From IMG/VR virus record IMGVR_UViG_3300039412_000320: a DNA stretch of 64,000 nucleotides, one strand, 5' to 3'. Made by a program: the position numbers and the translations under genes. The notes below the pieces were generated by a model that was not told the origin of the DNA, did not search any database, and was given only the letters and a program-made list of their open reading frames with translations. The DNA comes from a virus. This document shows, piece by piece, positions 19,214 through 28,554 of the stretch (position 1 is the stretch's first letter; each line of letters starts with the position of its first letter).

Positions 19214-22200
19214 TCAGAGAGTAGTTGTGACAGTAAACGTCACAGAAATATATAACAAACTAAACATAGGTTTAAACGTCACAGTCACGTCCACCGTAGT
19301 GGGGTCGGTCGGGTCCGGCACCACGGATAGGCTCTTGTATCCACTGATGATTTGGTTATTCACCAAGGAGACCAACCGGGAGTTGCAGACCACCTGAATA
19401 TCCGTGGTCAGTCCGGTGACCAACTTCCTGCCGATGAACTGTGCAAGGTCTGCACGGAACTGCTGAGCCACGTAGTCGGTGACTGTGGTGCAGGTCGGTT
19501 CGGAAGTGATGGGGTTGCTCGGGTCGGTGCTCTTGTAGTGACGCACGTTGAGTGCCCCGTTGTTGTTGGTCAAAACTACCAGACCATTCGATGCCATGAG
19601 GTTCATGGTCGTGTCGTCGTACTGCACGAGCAGGCGGCTGAACCCAACCAAGTTCTGATTGGTGAGGGTGGTCGCCACATCGTTGGCGGGGTTGGCATTG
19701 AGTCCGGCAAGAGCGGCTGCCATGAAGCTGCCGTCCACGGCGTACTCAAGCTGCTGCCCGGTCTGGCTGTTGGTGATGAGAACTCCCGCCGCTGGCATAC
19801 CGATGGCAATCATGCGGGCGTTCTTCAAGGCAACGGCGTTGGCACTTGCTTGGTTGGCGGAGGTGGTAGTGCTGTAGCCGACGAAGCCGATGGCCTCGCC
19901 CTTGTTACGAACGGTTGCCTGCGTGATGAGTTGACGGCTCAAGAACTGGTGAACCGTGGTGCTCACGCTGAGAGGAACGATGACATTCGCCTTCTGGTTG
20001 GTTCCGGGCAGGGCGGTTGTCAAGGTCTGGATGGCGCTGATAAAGTCAGCGTCCGAGGCCACATTGAGACCGGCTTGCTTCGGGACCTGAATGACGCCGA
20101 ACTGCTGTGCGCCGTTCTGAGTCATCAACTGAATACCGAGCGACACCCGGTTGATGGTGCTCGGCTGACCGTAGGCGGCGTAAGCGTCGGACGGGTTGGT
20201 ATAAAGGGTGATTGCCATGTCCGCTGCCGTCTTTTCGGTCTGGAAGCTGACGTAGTAGTACTCACCGATGCTCGGCTGATTGGCGGACGGAGCAAAGGTG
20301 TTGATGATGGCGGTATCCCCGGCGTTGGCACCAAAAGTGGTAATGACTTCGGTGTGGAGACCGGCGATGGCTACCAAGTTGTTCGGCTCCGCCGTGCTGA
20401 AAGGAACGTAAACGGTTCCCGTTACACGGGGGGTTTCGCTGCTGACATCGAATACCAGTGTGTCGCCCGGCTGGAAGTTGTACTGGGGCGTCGGGAGACT
20501 GGTGTATCCGTAGTCAAGGGCATCTTGTGGGTTGACGATGGTGAACTTGAGACCGGTGATTTCGTCAACATACGTCTGGTCAAGGTAGCCCACATTGGTG
20601 CCTACTCCACCGGAACCCGAACCCTTGGGGTTGCTGGAGGTAACGAGGTACCGGAGAGCATAAGGCTCCGGGGAACTGGGGTCCACACCGCCAGCGAGGT
20701 TCAGGGGAGCAGCAGTCTGGATGGTCCCTGCCGTCTTAAGGTTGGCAAGTACCGTTCCAAAGGTGGTGCTGATACCGGAACCGGCGAGGTCGATGACTTG
20801 GCTGGTGGTCGTCACACCGTTGAAGGTGATGGCGTTTCCAACCACGCTGACACCGTAGCTGCCCGTGGTATTGAAAGCGACTGTGATGGCATCTCCACCG
20901 GAACCGGGGGTCGTAGAGAAGAAGAGAATTCCCTGTGCCAAGAGGTATGCCTGTGCGCCCGGATTAGCATCCTTGGTGTATTCATCATTTTGGAACGTCA
21001 AGGTGACAGTCTCATCCACTTCACCCGGAGAATCATAGAGGTCCGGGAAAGCGAAAGGCCACACAATATCTGTCTGATTGAAAGCACCGGATTCGGTGAC
21101 GACACTGTGGACGGCATCAAACGATACCACCGGCAGAATACGTCCTACCTCATCCTTCATCTTATAAGTGCCCTGTCCGGGGATGCCGGGGTTGACCACA
21201 GTGAGTGTGTAGGAGTGGTCATGCAGCGTGTTGCGGTAGTAACTGGCATACACGTTGTTTCCAGCGCCGGGAGCGTTGTAGAGAGTAAAGCTCCCCGTGC
21301 TTCCGGTCAGTTGAATGACCCGCTCGGAAGTGCCGGGATAGTAGTTACCCAGAGCTTCCACGGGGTTGGTGCCGACGAAGACCATGATTTTGACTGGGTT
21401 GTCAGTTACCCTGCCGAGACCGCTGCCATCCACGGGGCTATCGGGCAGTGTGAACGTGAGGTTCTTGCCGTTGGCAACTCCCGTGCAAGTGCGGAGGAAC
21501 ACCTTCTCATCCACGAGGGTGGTGAGAATCTGAGTCGGACCGAAGGGAGTAAAGCCCGTGGTGGAACTTCCCACCAAGGTCTGACTGCCTGCGCCCCAGT
21601 TGATGACCGCATTTCCGACTGAATCCAGACCAAGATTGTAGTCCGTATCTTGGACGAAATCGGCCCGGTTAGGTCCCAAACCAACTTCGATGATGGAGGT
21701 GACATTCTGCGCCGGAATGATGTCATAGGTGTTCTGGTAAGTGTTGGTGTAATAGGTGATGGTGACGGTGGACGGGAAGGCCACGGGATTCTTAACCGTG
21801 ACGAGACCTTCCGCACCGTTAACGGCGGAGACCGTTACGGGGGTGCCGTTCACTGTGACTGTAACCTTGCTGGGGTCAGTAGTGACCACCCCACCGCCGC
21901 TACCGTCTACGATGGGAACATGCTCAACCTTGAAAACAGTGTTGGTGTTGGGTCCTGCACCACCCGAGAGGAAAGTCGGGGAGATGGTTGCAGCCGGGAT
22001 GGGAGGAGATTGGATGGCGGGCTGAGTCGCCGTGAGGTAACCAGCGTCCAAGGTGGGAATTCCCGCCTGCACGAGGTTATAAATGTCCTCAAGGGTACGC
22101 TTGCCGCCGCCGACCTCGGCGATGTCGATACTGATATGGTCCGTACCGGCTCCGCTGACCGCCTGTGTGTCCAGCACGCCGATACCCGGAGGCGAAGACA

Positions 22201-22837
22201 GGGTGTCATCGAAGATGGTGAGACTGACAAGGTTGCCTGTAACGCCGGGGAGCTTGGTGCTGATGACCATGGAGTCGCCGCCCGGAGGACTGGCGATGTT
22301 GTTGTAAATCGTCAGTGTGGCAAAGGAGGGAACTTGGTCCGAGTCATCCTCATTGGTAATGAGGGTATCGGTCCGGGCGAAATAGTAACTGATTTCCACG
22401 TTCTGACCCGGAGTGATGAGTTCTTGAGTGGTGAACTCGCCTGTCTGACCCACGAGGGAGATAACCGTGCCGGGCACGCCGTCGATGGTTATCTGAACCT
22501 GACTGGGGTCATTGGTGACCGTTCCCGCTCCAGTTCCTCCACCTGCCAGACCAACTGCCGCCGCTGTGACCACCGGGAAATAGGTGGTATGGAGGGTATT
22601 GGTGATTGCCGTGACTTGGTTGGAGATATTCTCGTTCACCACCTGCGGGCTAGCGACAGAGGACGAACCACGGAAAAGCTCCACGTTGTCCTGTTCAAAG
22701 AACTCCTGTCCTTCACCGATGATGACCGGGATACGGTTGTTCGTAAAGAGGGGCTGACCCGCTCCAGAAATGATAACCGAGGTGTAAACTCCGGGGGGTG
22801 CATAGCTTCCAAAGAGTGCCATAGTAAGTCTCCTCAA
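19214..22837 (-). CDS. very large (1207 aa) repeat-containing virion structural protein (tail fibre / adhesin-like)
   Basis: Recurrent modules DPSQVQITIDGVPGTVISL / DPSKVTVTVNGTPVTVSAV / DNPVKIMVFVGTNPVEAL; Thr/Gly/Val-rich; no enzymatic motifs seen. Confidence 0.65.
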   Translation of the reverse strand: MRRLTMALFGSYAPPGVYTSVIISGAGQPLFTNNRIPVIIGEGQEFFEQDNVELFRGSSSVASPQVVNENISNQVTAITNTLHTTYFPVVTAAAVGLAGGGTGAGTVTNDPSQVQITIDGVPGTVISLVGQTGEFTTQELITPGQNVEISYYFARTDTLITNEDDSDQVPSFATLTIYNNIASPPGGDSMVISTKLPGVTGNLVSLTIFDDTLSSPPGIGVLDTQAVSGAGTDHISIDIAEVGGGKRTLEDIYNLVQAGIPTLDAGYLTATQPAIQSPPIPAATISPTFLSGGAGPNTNTVFKVEHVPIVDGSGGGVVTTDPSKVTVTVNGTPVTVSAVNGAEGLVTVKNPVAFPSTVTITYYTNTYQNTYDIIPAQNVTSIIEVGLGPNRADFVQDTDYNLGLDSVGNAVINWGAGSQTLVGSSTTGFTPFGPTQILTTLVDEKVFLRTCTGVANGKNLTFTLPDSPVDGSGLGRVTDNPVKIMVFVGTNPVEALGNYYPGTSERVIQLTGSTGSFTLYNAPGAGNNVYASYYRNTLHDHSYTLTVVNPGIPGQGTYKMKDEVGRILPVVSFDAVHSVVTESGAFNQTDIVWPFAFPDLYDSPGEVDETVTLTFQNDEYTKDANPGAQAYLLAQGILFFSTTPGSGGDAITVAFNTTGSYGVSVVGNAITFNGVTTTSQVIDLAGSGISTTFGTVLANLKTAGTIQTAAPLNLAGGVDPSSPEPYALRYLVTSSNPKGSGSGGVGTNVGYLDQTYVDEITGLKFTIVNPQDALDYGYTSLPTPQYNFQPGDTLVFDVSSETPRVTGTVYVPFSTAEPNNLVAIAGLHTEVITTFGANAGDTAIINTFAPSANQPSIGEYYYVSFQTEKTAADMAITLYTNPSDAYAAYGQPSTINRVSLGIQLMTQNGAQQFGVIQVPKQAGLNVASDADFISAIQTLTTALPGTNQKANVIVPLSVSTTVHQFLSRQLITQATVRNKGEAIGFVGYSTTTSANQASANAVALKNARMIAIGMPAAGVLITNSQTGQQLEYAVDGSFMAAALAGLNANPANDVATTLTNQNLVGFSRLLVQYDDTTMNLMASNGLVVLTNNNGALNVRHYKSTDPSNPITSEPTCTTVTDYVAQQFRADLAQFIGRKLVTGLTTDIQVVCNSRLVSLVNNQIISGYKSLSVVPDPTDPTTVDVTVTFKPMFSLLYISVTFTVTTTL

Positions 22838-22934
22838 TTTTCAGCTATTAGGCCGCTGAACGGGCATTTATTTCTTGCTCCTCAACTATGGGGATGAAAG
22901 TCTAATTCTTGCTTCGATTGCAAGAGATAAACCC

Positions 22935-23342
22935 TCATTCCCCCAGAACCTTGGGCTGCGCCGAGGGTGGAATTACCACCTCCCGGAGCTTGGTGCCCGG
23001 CAGGGTACGGTAGCTCTCACTGCTTGTGGCGATGAGGGCCTTTTCCCCCGACTCCTTGCGAACTTTGTCCCTAACTGCTTGGCGCTCATGGATTTTCTCC
23101 CAGCGCTTTTCGGCATCTGCTCCCACCACCACATCAAAAGTGGGATTTGACATATTGTCTGTCTTGAGGCCCGGCGCACCCTTAAGCTGGTAGACGCATT
23201 TTCCTTTACAGTTGGGTCGGATGCAGGGGCGGTCTTCAAAAGTGGCCTTGTTCATGGGCATGAGTTCTTCAACAAGGACTCCGCAGGTATCACAGCGGAA
23301 GGCGTATATAGCCATAGTTAGATTTCCTCTTTTTCTTTCCAC
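22935..23342 (-). CDS. FmdB-family-like zinc-ribbon protein
   Basis: N-terminus MAIYAFRCDTCGVLVEEL...RPCIRPNCKGK matches MPxYEYxCxxCGxxFE pattern. Confidence 0.5.
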   Translation of the reverse strand: MERKRGNLTMAIYAFRCDTCGVLVEELMPMNKATFEDRPCIRPNCKGKCVYQLKGAPGLKTDNMSNPTFDVVVGADAEKRWEKIHERQAVRDKVRKESGEKALIATSSESYRTLPGTKLREVVIPPSAQPKVLGE

Positions 23343-23785
23343 TCTGCCACGTATCTAATAAAAGCTTCCAAAGGTCCGGGATTGTTTTCTAAACGACCCA
23401 ATATGACATTGCAAGAAGTGCAAAGAAGCCCTCGATTGTTTTTAGTCTTGTGATTATGGTCCACACACAACCTTCGTTTGGCACGACATGCTGTGGGGGG
23501 TCTTTTACAGATTGCACACACACCACCTTGCTTTTCAAATTGAGCAGCGTATTCCTCTTGAGTCATTTTGTACCGATATTTAATAAGCCAACAACCCGGA
23601 AGATTCTCAGTTCTTTTCTTAAACAACTCATTTCTTCTTGTTGGACTTGTGGTAGCCATGATTCGAGAGTTCCTACATCTTCTACATACGTGTCTACGAC
23701 CAACCGTATCTCCATTACGGAATAGTTGAAATTCCTCCTCAGACTTAGGGGTATTACATTTTCGGCACTGTATGAGTTCCGCCAT
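23318..23785 (-). CDS. HNH / endonuclease VII-like nuclease
   Basis: CRKCN...CRRCR ribbon; CAICKRP...CVDHNHKTKNNRGLLCTSCNVILG core; paralog-like to 18749..19201. Confidence 0.75.
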   Translation of the reverse strand: MAELIQCRKCNTPKSEEEFQLFRNGDTVGRRHVCRRCRNSRIMATTSPTRRNELFKKRTENLPGCWLIKYRYKMTQEEYAAQFEKQGGVCAICKRPPTACRAKRRLCVDHNHKTKNNRGLLCTSCNVILGRLENNPGPLEAFIRYVAEWKEKEEI

Positions 23786-23827
23786 GGTGTATCAATATAG
23801 ATTGCCATAGTCTATTTTCTAGTTCGA

Positions 23828-24784
23828 TTGACTTTCCGTTTCTTTAGGCAGGAGAGCCAGATGGAGACACTTAATCAAGGGAAAACACTGGGACCGGGGG
23901 ACCTTAGTATCCTTGTCCGGGATTCCAAAGGACGGATGGTTGACCCCGTGTCAATCTCCTATTCAATATTTCAGATAACGGAAAAGATCCCCGAAGTGGG
24001 GCAGCGGGCATATGAGTATGATGCCGAGCAACCAAACCACATGGGGCGGCTGCCCGAAGATAGCCTCATTCTTTCCACTGAACCCCGGATGTGCCCTCGC
24101 CGGGCCTCCGTGGGGGCTTACTGGGTCAACATGACCATACCCACCCTGTGGCGGGGAATCTTCCGGCTGGTCTGGTATCTTATCCAATATGAAGGAGAGC
24201 CGGAAACACGGGTCTATGAGGATTTCGTCGTTCAGCCCATCGACCCGGCTGATTCCGCCTTCGAGGCTCCCTCTGTCATTATTACACCGCATCCCCTGAC
24301 CAAGAATAAGTACACACCGGCCATTATGGCAGTCCGGGAACTCATCAGCGATACCAACCCAGACCGCAACTACCACTTCCGTCCACCGACGCCGGGGAAG
24401 GTGGTTGCCGGGTACACCACTCGTGTAGGGTATATCTGGCTTGACTCCACTATACTAAGGATGCTTGACATTAACATTAGCAAGTTGAACACGTGGAACC
24501 CTAAGAACTTGACGAATTACAGCCTTGAGAACCTTCCAAAGGATTGGGGAAATTGTGCAGCAGTGGGTGCGGCGGCATCCTGTTTGTCCGCTGAGGGCGC
24601 ACGTTGGGCGGCTGATGAGTTCAGCTACAGCTTGAATGGGGTAAGCTTGGACATCAACAAGTCCAGTCTTTACCTAAGTTTATCCCAAAGCTATGGTCAG
24701 GAGTTCCAAGAATGGGCACCCCTGATTACCGCTATCCGGCCTTACAGTGCAGGATTAAGACAACAGCGTTGGCTCCTCGGATAG
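23828..24784 (+). CDS. hypothetical protein (318 aa), first gene of plus-strand block
   Basis: ORF in track; divergent from minus-strand block at about 23800. Confidence 0.5.
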   Translation: MTFRFFRQESQMETLNQGKTLGPGDLSILVRDSKGRMVDPVSISYSIFQITEKIPEVGQRAYEYDAEQPNHMGRLPEDSLILSTEPRMCPRRASVGAYWVNMTIPTLWRGIFRLVWYLIQYEGEPETRVYEDFVVQPIDPADSAFEAPSVIITPHPLTKNKYTPAIMAVRELISDTNPDRNYHFRPPTPGKVVAGYTTRVGYIWLDSTILRMLDINISKLNTWNPKNLTNYSLENLPKDWGNCAAVGAAASCLSAEGARWAADEFSYSLNGVSLDINKSSLYLSLSQSYGQEFQEWAPLITAIRPYSAGLRQQRWLLG

Positions 24785-24826
24785 AAAAACAACTTTCTCG
24801 GTATTTATATGAGGGGGTTGTGTATG

Positions 24827-25531
24827 TTCATCTATCTGATTGTCAACCACGAGACTGGGAAGTACTATGTCGGTCAGCATAAGGGGAACAACCTAAAAAA
24901 ATACCTACAGCAGAAGTTTCATCACGCTCAAAAGGGAATCTCCAGTCGTTCCCGTCTTTATAACTCCATGCGTAAGCATCCCCTTCCCTCTTCTTGGTCC
25001 ATACACGCCCTCCGGGCCGACATCCAAACAAAATCCGAATTAGACGAGACGGAGCGGGACTTCATCAAATTTCTTAGGGCAACTGACCCTGAATATGGCT
25101 ACAACATATGCCGGAGAGGGGAGGGGTTCACGGGGCCGCACGGACCTGCGGCGAGAGCCAAGGTGACCGAAGCTCTGAAACAAAGATGGGCGCAACCGAA
25201 CTTCCGGGAACACTGGAGTGAGATTATGAAAGGGCATCCTACATCACAAGAGACTATCGACAAGATTAAGGCTGCCCGTGTCTTGCAGGACGAAGCACCA
25301 CGGGCCGAAGGCTGTAGGAAGTATGCGGCAGAGCACCCCAAAGAAATGTCAGCACGCCTGTCCCACGAGGCCCACATACTGGGGGGCAGGGCTGGAACAC
25401 GGGAAGCCAAGCAAAGGGCCGCCAAAATCAGCATTGAAAGAAACAGCCGTAGGAAAGCCCAACATGTTCGCTGGCATGTCAACCGAGGGTTGATTAACCC
25501 AGAATGTTTACTTTGTAAACCATCTTTGTAG
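24827..25531 (+). CDS. GIY-YIG homing endonuclease (MFIYLIVNH paralog family, copy 1)
   Basis: MFIYLIVNHETGKYYVGQHKGNNLKKYLQQK...GYNICRRGEGFTGP; start moved to Met shared with paralogs at 27676 and 60615. Confidence 0.85.
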   Translation, partial: FIYLIVNHETGKYYVGQHKGNNLKKYLQQKFHHAQKGISSRSRLYNSMRKHPLPSSWSIHALRADIQTKSELDETERDFIKFLRATDPEYGYNICRRGEGFTGPHGPAARAKVTEALKQRWAQPNFREHWSEIMKGHPTSQETIDKIKAARVLQDEAPRAEGCRKYAAEHPKEMSARLSHEAHILGGRAGTREAKQRAAKISIERNSRRKAQHVRWHVNRGLINPECLLCKPSL

Positions 25532-25538
25532 GAGGAAT

Positions 25539-25721
25539 ATGCTCCATATCCTCGGAGATAACGGTGATAACCCTCAGATATCAATGACGGGGCGGCCGGA
25601 CGGGACTTGGCGCATCATTATCACGGGCGTGAAAGACGCTCTCATCCTACCCAGTGGGCAAGACTTCTGCCCTGATTCGGATGAGCCGGTAAAATGCCCT
25701 TATTGTAAGAAACCGAGGTAG
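25539..25721 (+). CDS. small hypothetical protein (60 aa)
   Basis: ORF in track; C-terminal CPYCKKPR. Confidence 0.3.
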   Translation: MLHILGDNGDNPQISMTGRPDGTWRIIITGVKDALILPSGQDFCPDSDEPVKCPYCKKPR

Positions 25722-25724
25722 GAC

Positions 25725-26327
25725 TTGAAGCGAATCATCTTTCTTCGTCATCCTCAGACGGCCTACAACATGGAGCCAATTCGGCTCCGGGGGGCGCTTG
25801 ACATCCCTCTGTCCCCGGCTGGATTCGCTCAGATACCACTGATAGTTGAAAAATTAAGGGGTCAATACTGCTGCATCAAACAGGTGTATTCCAGCCCATT
25901 GGAGCGGGCTTCCATATTGGCAACCACTGTAGCCCATGAGTATGGGTTAAAGGTAGATAAACTAGACGGCCTCAAAAGCCGAGACTACGGCATTATGAAT
26001 GGCAAACCTGTAGATGAAGTAAAGGATGTACTGGGAATCCTTGCTACGGGAGCGGGCCGGGATTTGTTCCCCAAGGGTGGGGAATCCATGAACACTTTCC
26101 TCGAAAAGTTGATAGAAGCCATTAAGCAAATCATTTATCAAGCTCCCGAGGATGGGGAGGTTCTAGTCTGCACTCACCTCCAGAACATCATGCTGGGGAC
26201 GAAGTGGTTATTCAATGGATTGCCGGAAATATCCGACTTCACATTCACTTACAGTGAGGCGAATGAAATACCACCGGGTGAGTGGATAGAGGTGAAAAGG
26301 GATTGGGTGGTGGTGAAGAATGATTAG
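25725..26327 (+). CDS. histidine phosphatase superfamily (phosphoglycerate-mutase-like) protein; TTG start in track
   Basis: FLRHPQTAYN near N-terminus matches the RHG phosphohistidine motif; about 200 aa as in SixA/PGAM-like enzymes. Confidence 0.6.
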   Translation: MKRIIFLRHPQTAYNMEPIRLRGALDIPLSPAGFAQIPLIVEKLRGQYCCIKQVYSSPLERASILATTVAHEYGLKVDKLDGLKSRDYGIMNGKPVDEVKDVLGILATGAGRDLFPKGGESMNTFLEKLIEAIKQIIYQAPEDGEVLVCTHLQNIMLGTKWLFNGLPEISDFTFTYSEANEIPPGEWIEVKRDWVVVKND

Positions 26328-27630
26328 CGAATTACTGGTCATCAATTCGAGTTATGTTGGCAGCCGGGACCTGTGGTGGGTGGACGACCCCGAGGCAACG
26401 AGGGGCTATAATATCTACCGGGCCTACGACCATCCAAGCAATTGGAAAAAGCTCAATAAGGGAACATGGCGGGGACACTTCTGGAGAGACCAAGCTTACC
26501 TTGAAAAGGTGGAGTTCATTGTACGCCCGCAGGACTGGGTAGAACAGGGAGAGTTGGGCCGCTGGGGTTTCAAGCTCCCAGAGATCCCCTATTCCAACAT
26601 TGTGGCGACTCGTCCCATGGTAGCCAACAACCCTGATGACATAAAGATTGTCCTCACCGACATGTTTAACAATAAGAGTGAGATACGTCCCACAGAGGTA
26701 CGGGCACTAGACCAGACCGTCTGGTTCCCTATGGACAACACTCTTGCCAAGGGTGGAGCGGTGTCGGATACAGCGGTGGTTTCCACGGATAACGTCGTCG
26801 TCGCCAACTATGCTGGCATTCAGGAAGTAAAGGCATTTTTCAAGAGGCTAGCCAACTACGTGGACATCTACACCTCGCTGGCACGGCAATTCTACACGGT
26901 AGTAGGGGTGGGTGATGGCGGAGAAATCCACAAGCCCGGAGCACCAGCCGCTCCCGTTGTGAATACCCAAGAAGTAGACCAGATTACTTGGGAATACAAA
27001 GAAATGGTAAACCGCAACCACTGGGTTTTTGAACAGGTGGGCGAACCCGCTTATATAATGTTTCGCCGGACCCGTGGAGAACCTTGCGGCTGCGTGCGCC
27101 CCGAGGCGGGAATGGGTACTCCCCGTCACGGATGCAAAGTTTGCTTTGAAACCGGGGTCGTCGGAGGTTACTACGGTCCCTATGACTTTCTCTACGTCCC
27201 CCCTGACACGGCGCTTGTCCGTGAACTGGACGAAGGCGGGGGTATCAAAGCGACCCGTGAATCGAAAAGTTACCTGACCAATACCCCCATTGTACAGGAT
27301 GGTGACCTCATCATTCGCCGGACTGGGGAACGTCTGGTCATTCACGGCGTCACTTACAAACAACCGAGAGGCATACTCCTCCAACAGGACTTCGGCGTTC
27401 AATTACTGACCGAGGGTGACACCCGTTATCTCATTCCCATCAACACCGGCCTGCCGACACTTTACAACCCCATCTATCGGGATAACCCGGACCAAGGCAT
27501 CGACCCGCTCCACCTTAAGGGTGATGGAGAACCTATCGTGAATATCCGGGAGCAACCGGATAAGCCTTTCGAGAACACTATTGAACCCCCGGTAGGGAGG
27601 ACCGTCACGTTTGGGAGGATACAAAATTAG
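26320..27630 (+). CDS. hypothetical protein (436 aa)
   Basis: ORF in track; no motif recognised. Confidence 0.55.
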   Translation: MISELLVINSSYVGSRDLWWVDDPEATRGYNIYRAYDHPSNWKKLNKGTWRGHFWRDQAYLEKVEFIVRPQDWVEQGELGRWGFKLPEIPYSNIVATRPMVANNPDDIKIVLTDMFNNKSEIRPTEVRALDQTVWFPMDNTLAKGGAVSDTAVVSTDNVVVANYAGIQEVKAFFKRLANYVDIYTSLARQFYTVVGVGDGGEIHKPGAPAAPVVNTQEVDQITWEYKEMVNRNHWVFEQVGEPAYIMFRRTRGEPCGCVRPEAGMGTPRHGCKVCFETGVVGGYYGPYDFLYVPPDTALVRELDEGGGIKATRESKSYLTNTPIVQDGDLIIRRTGERLVIHGVTYKQPRGILLQQDFGVQLLTEGDTRYLIPINTGLPTLYNPIYRDNPDQGIDPLHLKGDGEPIVNIREQPDKPFENTIEPPVGRTVTFGRIQN

Positions 27631-27675
27631 AAAGTAAAAAACGAACTTTCCAAAGCACTTATAGGAGGAAGGTTC

Positions 27676-28554
27676 ATGTTCATTTATCTTATTGTCAATC
27701 ACGAAACCGGGAAGTACTACGTTGGACAGCACAAAGGGGATAACCTTAAAGCCTACTTGCAGCGTAAATTTTCCGCCGCAAAACACAATGAGGGTAAGGG
27801 GGGTTCTTATTTATTCGCCTCTATGCGTAAACATCCCCTTTCCTCCTCTTGGTCCATTCATGCCCTTCGTTCGGATATCCAAACAAAAGAAGAGCTTAAC
27901 GAAACCGAGAGGGATTTTATCAAATTTCTGCGGTCACAAGACCCCGAGTATGGGTACAACATTTGTAAGGGTGGGGAAGGACATACAGGACCGTTATCTC
28001 AAGAAACTCGTCAAAAAATATCTACTCACCACAAACAAATGTGGACTAACCCTGAAATAAAACAACATTTCTTAACACAAATGATAGTGGGGCATAGGAA
28101 TAGTTCATCGTGGCATACCCCGGAAGGTCTTGAAAAAATTAAACAGGCAATTGCTGGATTAAAACGCACGCCTGAGACATGTAATAAAATACGGATTAAA
28201 CGTCTGCTACAGCCAGACCCCCGGCGTGGGAAACATCATTCAGAGAAAACGAAAAAACGTATTAGCGAGGTCAAAAAAGGTACCCCAAGTTCCTTCCGTG
28301 GAAAACACCATAGTGATGAGTCAAAAGAGAAAAACCGAAAAGCCCATTTAATAAATCTGCAAGGACAAGATTTTGGAAACGTAATTCCCATGTCTTTAGT
28401 AGCGTCTAATCCCCAATCCAAGTGGGCGGTTAAATGCATTGTTTGCGGGTCCGAGGGAATAGTGAGGGGGGATAGAATCAGAAGTGGTGATTCCGCTTTC
28501 ATGAGAGCACACTCTGGGATACATGAAGTCTCGAATAGGGGGATACAAAACTAA
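27676..28554 (+). CDS. GIY-YIG homing endonuclease (MFIYLIVNH paralog family, copy 2)
   Basis: MFIYLIVNHETGKYYVGQHKGDNLKAYLQRK...GYNICKGGEGHTGP; NUMOD3-like C-terminal modules; stop overlaps next start (TAATG). Confidence 0.85.
   Translation: MFIYLIVNHETGKYYVGQHKGDNLKAYLQRKFSAAKHNEGKGGSYLFASMRKHPLSSSWSIHALRSDIQTKEELNETERDFIKFLRSQDPEYGYNICKGGEGHTGPLSQETRQKISTHHKQMWTNPEIKQHFLTQMIVGHRNSSSWHTPEGLEKIKQAIAGLKRTPETCNKIRIKRLLQPDPRRGKHHSEKTKKRISEVKKGTPSSFRGKHHSDESKEKNRKAHLINLQGQDFGNVIPMSLVASNPQSKWAVKCIVCGSEGIVRGDRIRSGDSAFMRAHSGIHEVSNRGIQN

Noticed and set aside
19352-21622. 756-aa plus-strand ORF
   Set aside because: Lies entirely antisense to the 1207-aa structural gene. Arg/Gly/Val-rich composition typical of antisense frames in GC-rich coding DNA.
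21650-22897. 415-aa plus-strand ORF
   Set aside because: Antisense to the 1207-aa gene. Same artefact.
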